Positions 1 to 6,831 of a stretch of 17,919 nt of DNA are shown piece by piece. Position 1 is the first letter of the stretch. Each line of letters begins with the position of its first letter. This stretch comes from Fidelibacterota bacterium (GTDB lineage: Bacteria; Fidelibacterota; Marinisomatia; Marinisomatales; TCS55), in assembly GCA_027251445.1 (NCBI GenBank), contig JAPNQO010000099.1:1-17919 (forward strand). Direction: 5' to 3'. The translations under genes and the position numbers were made by a program. Below the pieces are notes generated by a model that was not told the origin of the DNA, did not search any database, and saw nothing but the letters and a program-made list of their open reading frames with translations.

Positions 1-386
1 AAACCAATAGCGGGATGATAGGTATAAACTCTATAATCATTTTGAAAGCGTACTTTAGCAACATAAAATTCATATCTATCAGGCTTTGGAGTGCTTAATG
101 GAAATACTTTATATTTAGAAACTGATTGGTTTGATTTTAGAATTCCATCTAAAGATTCTAAGAATGTTATACGTTTTTCAGATATCACTTTTCCTTTAGG
201 GTTAATTCGTAAAATAAATCCATCTAATTCAGTTATATCTCTTTTAGAATTATTATCAATTTGGACTACGATGCGAATTTGATTATCATTTACAACCCTC
301 TGCCTAAGATCAATATCAAGTGATCCTTGGATATTATTGTTTGCATGAAGGAAAGTAAAGAGACTTAAGAATAACATTATATTCAT
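1..386 (-). CDS. Hypothetical, probably secreted protein (partial; runs off the left edge)
   Basis: Not in the ORF track; translated by hand from ATG at 386: MNIMLFLSLFTFLHANNNIQGSLDIDLRQRVVNDNQIRIVVQIDNNSKRDITELDGFILRINPKGKVISEKRITF...YRVYTYHPAIG, with no stop before position 1. Short hydrophobic N-terminus ending LHA resembles a signal peptide. An alternative in-frame ATG lies at 440. Confidence 0.75.
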   Translation of the reverse strand, partial: MNIMLFLSLFTFLHANNNIQGSLDIDLRQRVVNDNQIRIVVQIDNNSKRDITELDGFILRINPKGKVISEKRITFLESLDGILKSNQSVSKYKVFPLSTPKPDRYEFYVAKVRFQNDYRVYTYHPAIG

Positions 387-511
387 AGGTAAAATTCGTA
401 AGCTGAGTATAAAATCAAAAGGAAAAGTATATTGGATCATTATTAAAAGATAGTAGTTTAAATGATTTGAAATCTATTTTTAATAATAAAGTAATAAAGT
501 GGTAAAACATA

Positions 512-1360
512 TTGAAACGTGTAAAATTAACTAATACACATTTAATTCTATTCATTCTGACATTTATTTCAACTCTAATGGCAGGGTCTATAATGGATGG
601 TGGAAATCCTTTAAGCAATTTTTCTGATATTTATTTGGGTATCCCATTTTCTTTAACATTAATGTTAATTTTAGGTTGTCATGAATTTGGACACTATTAT
701 TATGCACTTAAGCATAATGTAGATGCTACGCTTCCATATTTTTTGCCTGCACCTCCATATTTCTTTATTATTGGAACATTTGGTGCATTTATCAAAATAA
801 AATCTCCTATATATAGAAAAGATGCTCTATTGCAGATTGGCGCAGCAGGGCCAATAGCGGGATTTATTATTGCTGTACCATCTTTGATTATTGGTCTACT
901 GTTATCGGAAGTAATATTTATTAATGATCAATACCAGGGCATAATTCTAGGTGATTCTTTATTAATGAAATTATTTACAGCTATTATTTTCCCAGATCTT
1001 TCCGAAGGATACGATGTTTTACTGCATCCGATAGCATTTGCTGGATGGATTGGATTATTGGTAACGATGCTAAACTTGTTACCTATTGGACAACTAGATG
1101 GAGGGCATATAGCTTATGCAATGCTAGGAGGAAAACAAGAGCTTATTGGTAAAATAGCGCTCTTTGCTTTATTTCCTCTTAGTTTCTTATCTCTCAACTG
1201 GTTAGTTTGGGGTTTATTAATTTTGGTACTAATGCGTTCTGCAAAACATCCACCTATTCAGGATATACTTACACCGTTATCTAGAAAAAACAGATATACA
1301 GGTTATTTATGCTTACTAATTTTTATATTATGTTTTATTCCAACTCCATTTCAACTATAG
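512..1360 (+). CDS. Site-2 protease family (peptidase M50) intramembrane zinc metalloprotease
   Basis: HEFGH (HExxH), GTFGAFI, IGAAGP and NLLPIGQLDGG (NxxPxxxLDG) motifs; multiple hydrophobic segments; no PDZ or CBS domain seen; TTG start. Confidence 0.93.
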   Translation: MKRVKLTNTHLILFILTFISTLMAGSIMDGGNPLSNFSDIYLGIPFSLTLMLILGCHEFGHYYYALKHNVDATLPYFLPAPPYFFIIGTFGAFIKIKSPIYRKDALLQIGAAGPIAGFIIAVPSLIIGLLLSEVIFINDQYQGIILGDSLLMKLFTAIIFPDLSEGYDVLLHPIAFAGWIGLLVTMLNLLPIGQLDGGHIAYAMLGGKQELIGKIALFALFPLSFLSLNWLVWGLLILVLMRSAKHPPIQDILTPLSRKNRYTGYLCLLIFILCFIPTPFQL

Positions 1361-1361
1361 G

Positions 1362-3716
1362 ATGAAATATTTCTATATAATTATTTTTATTTCTGGATTG
1401 TTATTATCCCAATCTAGGATACAGGAATGGAAAGCATATACATCTCCTTTGCATATAAATGATTTGACTGAATATAATGATTTAATTATTTGCGCAACTA
1501 ATGGTGGATTGCTTCTTTATGATAAAAATAAAAAAAACTTTACAACTTTAACTGTAGTTGATCAATTAGTAAGTACAGGGGTAAATATTATAGAAGTAGA
1601 AAATGATAGCTCTATATGGCTTGGAGGATTAAGCCCAGATGGATTCATTCAAGTTTATGATTTAAAAAATAATCTAAGTATATCAAAATTTGATTTTGAT
1701 CTAACAGAAATTATAGATATTTCTATTGCAGACTCGATCTGTTTTATTGCATTTCTTGATAATCAAGACTGGGGTGTTATGGAATTTATCGTTTCTGATA
1801 ATAAATGGATTTATAGGGATATTTATAGGAATTGGCCTATAAATTTTGATTCAATTAACTCTATTGAAATTTCAGGTGATAAAATATTAGTTGGGACAAG
1901 CCAAGGTCTCTTAATTGGGAATTGGAAAGAATCTAATTTAAAGGATCCTGGCAATTGGCAACAATTTCAAATAGAATTATTTGGAGAGGTTCGTCTAATA
2001 GAATCAAATATAAATAATGTTTTACTATTGTATAATAACGGTATATATGTTTTAAATCTAGGACAAGAGATTTCATTAGAAATAATTTGGAATTATTTAG
2101 ATCCATCAGAACAATTAATTGAAGTAATTAAAGATTCCGAAGGAATATTTTGGGGAATCCTTGCTAATAAAATTATCAGATTAAATCTTACAGGAATAGA
2201 ATGGAGTCTAAATACAGAAAATAATTATTCCTTCACTTCATTATCAGGACTTTCCAAAGACAAATTATATATTGGGTCGGAATTAGGAATTATGGTTTTA
2301 GATAAAGATACTAAAGTCATTGATCATGAAATCCCAAATGCTCCTTTAACAAATCAAATATCTGCTTTAACTATACTAAATGATGGAAGATTAGTTGCAG
2401 GATCCAAGTTTGGTATTTCTATAAAAGAATCATGGGGTTGGAGAAATATTACGGAAGGTGATGAAATAAATATTTCTAGCTCTTTTAATCCCCAAAGATA
2501 TGCCGTTGATTATTTACCAATAAATTTTGGTGGTTTTATTTCAGATTTGGAACAGGGTCCAGATGGTCTACTTTATTGTGCAATAAGAGGGACCTACCCT
2601 GAGCCACGACGCCATGGTGGAGGTATTGTAATTATTGATATTGATAATATAGAAAATTTTACACTCATAGATACTGCATATTTAGATTATTATGCAGATG
2701 AATATATGATAGTAAAGGATATCGAGTTTGATCAATTAGGTGTAATGTGGGCAGCAAATACTTATTCAACAACTAGAAGAAGCCCAATTGCACTTAAAGA
2801 TATGAATAATGTATGGGGTTCAATTAATCTAGCTAGTTCTAATAATCTCTTGAGTTATACACCTAACACTATTGCATTTGATTCATTTAATCGAGTATGG
2901 ATTGGTTCATTTGAAGATGATCTAAATAGTCCACCAGCAAAAAATGGTGGTTTAGTATTTATGTATTATGAAGGAAGTATATTAGAGCCATCTTCTACTG
3001 AATGGGGGCAAGTTGATATTAATCCAGGCTATAATAATAATACGGTATGGTCTTTAGTGATTAACGATGAAGATATTTTATATATATTAACACCTATAGG
3101 ATTAAAACAAATAACTCTACAGTATTCTAACTCAAATCCTATAAAACGATATGGTTATACATATTTTCCAAATATTTCATTTGGCAAAGGATCTAAACTA
3201 AATATTGATTCTAGAAATAATATATGGGCTTCATCTCCAACAGATGGAATACATATTCTTACAGAGGCATCAACATATTGGCCTAGTATCGATGGTATTA
3301 ATGAAAAAAATAGTCAATTATTATCAAACGTAGTTTCAGATATAGCTTTTGATAATGATGAAGGTATTGCGTATATATCAACGAATAAGGGAATAAGTGT
3401 TTTACGTATACCTTTTTCGAAACCAAAGGAAAATTTTAATAAGATAAAGATTTTTCCTAGTCCATTTAGTTTGCCAAATAGCTCACCTCTTGTAATCGAT
3501 GGATTAATGGATGGTGCTGAATGTAAAGTGCTAACTATTACAGGAAAAGTTTTAAGAACACTTAACGCCTCTAATAAAGGAATAAATGGATATCAAGCCT
3601 TTTGGGATGGAAAAGATGAGCAGGGAAGATGGGTTAGCACTGGTGTTTATTTAATAAGTTTTACAGAAATTAAAGGAAATTATGGTTTTGAAAAGATTGC
3701 AGTAATAAAAAACTAA
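1362..3716 (+). CDS. PorZ-like secreted beta-propeller protein with C-terminal T9SS type-A / FlgD-Ig-like domain
   Basis: Signal peptide followed by IQEWKAY. Reg_prop-like repeats (NAPLTNQISAL, NNTVWSL, NSQLLSNVVSDIAFD). C-terminus IKIFPSPF...TITGKVLRTL...FWDGKDEQGRWVSTGVY...KIAVIK. Length of 784 aa fits PorZ. Confidence 0.75.
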   Translation: MKYFYIIIFISGLLLSQSRIQEWKAYTSPLHINDLTEYNDLIICATNGGLLLYDKNKKNFTTLTVVDQLVSTGVNIIEVENDSSIWLGGLSPDGFIQVYDLKNNLSISKFDFDLTEIIDISIADSICFIAFLDNQDWGVMEFIVSDNKWIYRDIYRNWPINFDSINSIEISGDKILVGTSQGLLIGNWKESNLKDPGNWQQFQIELFGEVRLIESNINNVLLLYNNGIYVLNLGQEISLEIIWNYLDPSEQLIEVIKDSEGIFWGILANKIIRLNLTGIEWSLNTENNYSFTSLSGLSKDKLYIGSELGIMVLDKDTKVIDHEIPNAPLTNQISALTILNDGRLVAGSKFGISIKESWGWRNITEGDEINISSSFNPQRYAVDYLPINFGGFISDLEQGPDGLLYCAIRGTYPEPRRHGGGIVIIDIDNIENFTLIDTAYLDYYADEYMIVKDIEFDQLGVMWAANTYSTTRRSPIALKDMNNVWGSINLASSNNLLSYTPNTIAFDSFNRVWIGSFEDDLNSPPAKNGGLVFMYYEGSILEPSSTEWGQVDINPGYNNNTVWSLVINDEDILYILTPIGLKQITLQYSNSNPIKRYGYTYFPNISFGKGSKLNIDSRNNIWASSPTDGIHILTEASTYWPSIDGINEKNSQLLSNVVSDIAFDNDEGIAYISTNKGISVLRIPFSKPKENFNKIKIFPSPFSLPNSSPLVIDGLMDGAECKVLTITGKVLRTLNASNKGINGYQAFWDGKDEQGRWVSTGVYLISFTEIKGNYGFEKIAVIKN

Positions 3717-3721
3717 TAACT

Positions 3722-4792
3722 TTATAACGATGGTTTTCTTTGAACAAATTCAGGCAGCAGACCAAATTCTTGCTCTAATTCATTTGCAATTTCTCCAATT
3801 ATTTTTTTTCGTTCATTATATGGAATAAACGCACTTTTGATAGCCATAATTATCATTTCTCTAAAATCATGTAGTTTAAATCCAAATAATTCATGGGCAA
3901 GTAGATATTCATTAGTGAGATTAGTACCCGACATTAACCTATTATCTGTATTTAGAGTAACTCGAATACCTTGATCATAGTAGTACTTTAAAGGATGAAA
4001 TTTTAATGATCGTATAGATCTTGTTTGCCAATTGGATGTTAAACATACTTCTAATGTTATGCGGTGGTCATTTACATAATTCATTAAATCTTTATCCTCT
4101 TTAAGTCTTGTTCCATGTCCAATTCGATGAGCTCCACAATGATGAATTGCTTGATGGATTGAACTAGGACCAAATGCTTCACCAGCATGAATGGTTGCAT
4201 TAATATTATTATTCAAAATCATATAAAATGCTTCCCGATGATCCTTAGCAGGATAATTTTCTTCAGCTCCAGCAAGATCAAATCCAACAACACCTCTATT
4301 TTTGTATCGGACAGTCAAGTCTGCAAGCTTTAGGGATGCTTCCGAAGATATATTTCTTATTCCACATACAATGATACCTGATTTAACACCAAAATCTTTT
4401 TCACCGCGTTTTAAACCTTTTCTTACAGCCTCAACTGAGTCACTAATTGTCATCCCTTTTTCTGTATGGAGAATGGGAGAATATCTTATTTCTATATAAC
4501 GAACGTTTTCTTTAAAAACATCTTCAATTAGCTCATAAGAAGTTCTCTCGAGTGCTTCAGGCGTTTGCATTACACTCAAAGTGATATCAAACCTTTTAAT
4601 ATAATCTTCTAATGATCCTCTTTTTTTGCCAATAGTCAAAAGTTTGGATAATTTATCCGGGTTAGAGGTAGGTATATTTATTTTATCCTGATTGGCTAAA
4701 TCTATAATTGTAGGGATTCTTAATGAACCATCAAGATGACAATGGAGTTCAACTTTAGGAAGTTTTTGGAGAAGTGATTTGTTTACTTTCAT
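3722..4792 (-). CDS. add: Adenosine deaminase family amidohydrolase
   Basis: PKVELHCHLDGS, YIEIRYSP, GFDLAGAE, TIHAGE, RIGHG, LEVCLTSN and NTDN motifs; metal ligands and catalytic Glu are present. Exact substrate is uncertain. Confidence 0.9.
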   Translation of the reverse strand: MKVNKSLLQKLPKVELHCHLDGSLRIPTIIDLANQDKINIPTSNPDKLSKLLTIGKKRGSLEDYIKRFDITLSVMQTPEALERTSYELIEDVFKENVRYIEIRYSPILHTEKGMTISDSVEAVRKGLKRGEKDFGVKSGIIVCGIRNISSEASLKLADLTVRYKNRGVVGFDLAGAEENYPAKDHREAFYMILNNNINATIHAGEAFGPSSIHQAIHHCGAHRIGHGTRLKEDKDLMNYVNDHRITLEVCLTSNWQTRSIRSLKFHPLKYYYDQGIRVTLNTDNRLMSGTNLTNEYLLAHELFGFKLHDFREMIIMAIKSAFIPYNERKKIIGEIANELEQEFGLLPEFVQRKPSL

Positions 4793-6636
4793 TTTTTTGT
4801 CGCAGTATTATAAATCCAATAGATAATTGCTAGGAAACAAAATATACCTATCAAATCATATCCAGGGAATGCTGGCCACCAATCTTTAGTCCCAGTTATA
4901 AATATTGGAACTGCGATAAAAATTGCCATTAAAGTTTCTCCTGTTATTAATCCTGAAGCCAACAGTAGGCCATTTTCTTCAGAAGCTTCAGAAGTTCCTG
5001 CTTTTGTTGCAAGATGATTTATCATTCCACCAATAAAAATTGGTACAGTTAGTTCAATTGGCAAATATATTCCTACTGCTACAGCTAATACAGGAATACG
5101 AAAGTCTGATCCACGTTTTTCTTGTCTTATATCTAGTATAATGATCACAATTGCTATTACTGCACCTATATAGACAAAATTCCAAGGTAGATTCCCAGAG
5201 AATACACCATCAGCGACTGATTTCATCAGAGTTGCTTGTGGTGCAGATAATGATGGTGAACCGATAGTATATGCTGTATGCAAAATATCTAGAACTAGCC
5301 CAAGAACAATGGCAGAGCTAAGAACTCCAATAACCTGCATAATTTGCTGCTTCCATGGAGTAGCTCCAACTATGTAACCAGTTTTTAAATCTTGCAGATT
5401 ATCTCCTCCAATTGCAGCAGCACAACATACAATAGCTCCAACCATTATTGCGCCTGCAGATCCAGCATTATTATCTGATCCTAATAGAATTAATAGTAAT
5501 AAAGATGAAAATAAAATTGTTGCTATAGTTACACCTGATATAGGATTATTTGATGACCCTACAACTCCAGCCATATATGCAGCCACTGCAGAGAATAAAA
5601 AACCGAAAATCATTAAAATGAATGTCAATAGTATTGCAATACCCACAGAATGAATTATATCTACATAAAGTAGGAATACTGGTATTAGCATAATAATTAA
5701 AACTATCCCAACATAATTAATAGGAATATCTCGTTCTTCATTTAGGGCATTGACTCTTGAACCTTTTATTGCATTTAAGCTATCTTGAATTCCAATAATC
5801 AGGGGATTAAAAAGTTTAATCAGTGACCATATTCCACCTATAACCATGGCTCCCACACCTAAATATCTTATTTTTGAATTCCATATTAAATATGCTGCCT
5901 CTAGAGGTTCTCCTTCAAAACCATTTATAGCAGAATAAATAGGTATTGCTATACCCCATGAAATAAGACCACCAACAACTACAAGTATTCCAATGTTTCG
6001 TCCTACTATAAACCCTACAGAAAGTAAAGCAGGAGATAAATTTGTACCCAATCCAAATATAGCATTCCCTATATTTATTGCTTTTTCTAACACTACATTC
6101 CACATAGAAAAACCAAGTTCAGATAATTTCATTAATCCGCCAGCTAAACTGGATATCACAATCATCTTCAATCCATTACTAGATCCATTCCCAGAAACTT
6201 TTCTAGCTTTTTCACCTGCTTTTAATACTTCTGCTGTTGCAATACCTTCCGGGTATTGCAACTTTGCAACTAAAATAAATGCTCTTCGAAGTGGGACTGT
6301 AAACATTACACCAATGATACCACCTATAGCTGAAATTTTTGCTACTTCGAGATAATTAAAACTTTCCCAGTATCCCATCAAGATTAAAGCAGGGATAGTA
6401 AATATTACACCAGCTGCTAGCGATTCTCCGGCAGAAGCTGCAGTCTGTACAAGATTATTTTCCAAAATATTTGATTTTTTAAATAAAGCAAGTACTCCCA
6501 TGGATATAACAGCTGCTGGAATTGAAGCTGATACAGTCATACCAGCAAATAAACCCAGATATGCCATAGCGCCAGATAATAACATAGATAATACTATTCC
6601 AAGGACTATTGCTTTAAAGGTAATTTCATTTTTCAT
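4789..6636 (-). CDS. OPT-family (YSL-like) oligopeptide transporter
   Basis: EITFKA, YLGLFAGMTVSASIPAAVIS, ILENNLVQTAASAGES, YPEGIATAEVL, VGSSNNPISG, DNLQDLKTG and APQATLM motifs; very hydrophobic; 4-bp ATGA overlap with add. Confidence 0.93.
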   Translation of the reverse strand: MKNEITFKAIVLGIVLSMLLSGAMAYLGLFAGMTVSASIPAAVISMGVLALFKKSNILENNLVQTAASAGESLAAGVIFTIPALILMGYWESFNYLEVAKISAIGGIIGVMFTVPLRRAFILVAKLQYPEGIATAEVLKAGEKARKVSGNGSSNGLKMIVISSLAGGLMKLSELGFSMWNVVLEKAINIGNAIFGLGTNLSPALLSVGFIVGRNIGILVVVGGLISWGIAIPIYSAINGFEGEPLEAAYLIWNSKIRYLGVGAMVIGGIWSLIKLFNPLIIGIQDSLNAIKGSRVNALNEERDIPINYVGIVLIIMLIPVFLLYVDIIHSVGIAILLTFILMIFGFLFSAVAAYMAGVVGSSNNPISGVTIATILFSSLLLLILLGSDNNAGSAGAIMVGAIVCCAAAIGGDNLQDLKTGYIVGATPWKQQIMQVIGVLSSAIVLGLVLDILHTAYTIGSPSLSAPQATLMKSVADGVFSGNLPWNFVYIGAVIAIVIIILDIRQEKRGSDFRIPVLAVAVGIYLPIELTVPIFIGGMINHLATKAGTSEASEENGLLLASGLITGETLMAIFIAVPIFITGTKDWWPAFPGYDLIGIFCFLAIIYWIYNTATKK

Positions 6637-6662
6637 GTTTGTATTTCAAATTCGATTACCAT

Positions 6663-6691
6663 AAAGTAGGAACATATTATAATCTTAGCAA
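6663..6691 (-). promoter_or_regulatory. Putative sigma70 promoter for the OPT-add pair
   Basis: Minus strand TTGCTA (6691-6686) - N17 - TACTTT (6668-6663), 26 bp upstream of the OPT start codon. Confidence 0.45.
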
Positions 6692-6713
6692 GATTGATAA
6701 TTTTCTTTCATGT

Positions 6714-6741
6714 TTGGCTGAAAAATCTTTCTATGTAAATT
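6714..6741 (+). promoter_or_regulatory. Putative sigma70 promoter for the TPP riboswitch / receptor transcript
   Basis: TTGGCT (6714-6719) - N16 - TAAATT (6736-6741); would start transcription near 6747, right at the aptamer's 5' end. Confidence 0.45.
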
Positions 6742-6745
6742 CTTT

Positions 6746-6831
6746 ATAACATGGGGTGCTATTTATTTTTTAAATAGCTGAGAGTAAACCCTTTGAACCT
6801 GATATGGATAATGCCAACGTAGGGAGACGCT
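6746..6831 (+). ncRNA. TPP (THI-box) riboswitch
   Basis: All hallmark elements in order: GGGGTGC (6753-6759); P3 hairpin GCTATTTA/TAAATAGC (6758-6778); CTGAGA; ACCC; TGAACCTGAT; P5 TGG-ATAATG-CCA; CGTAGGGA (6818-6825). Directly upstream of a TonB-dependent receptor. Confidence 0.95.

Noticed and set aside
91..618. Short ORFs 91..282 (+) and 415..618 (-)
   Set aside because: Antisense shadows of the left-edge gene and the M50 protease; no recognisable motifs.
6758..6778. Hairpin GCTATTTA-TTTTT-TAAATAGC as an intrinsic terminator
   Set aside because: It is the P3 stem of the TPP aptamer and is followed by TGAGA, not a U-tract.
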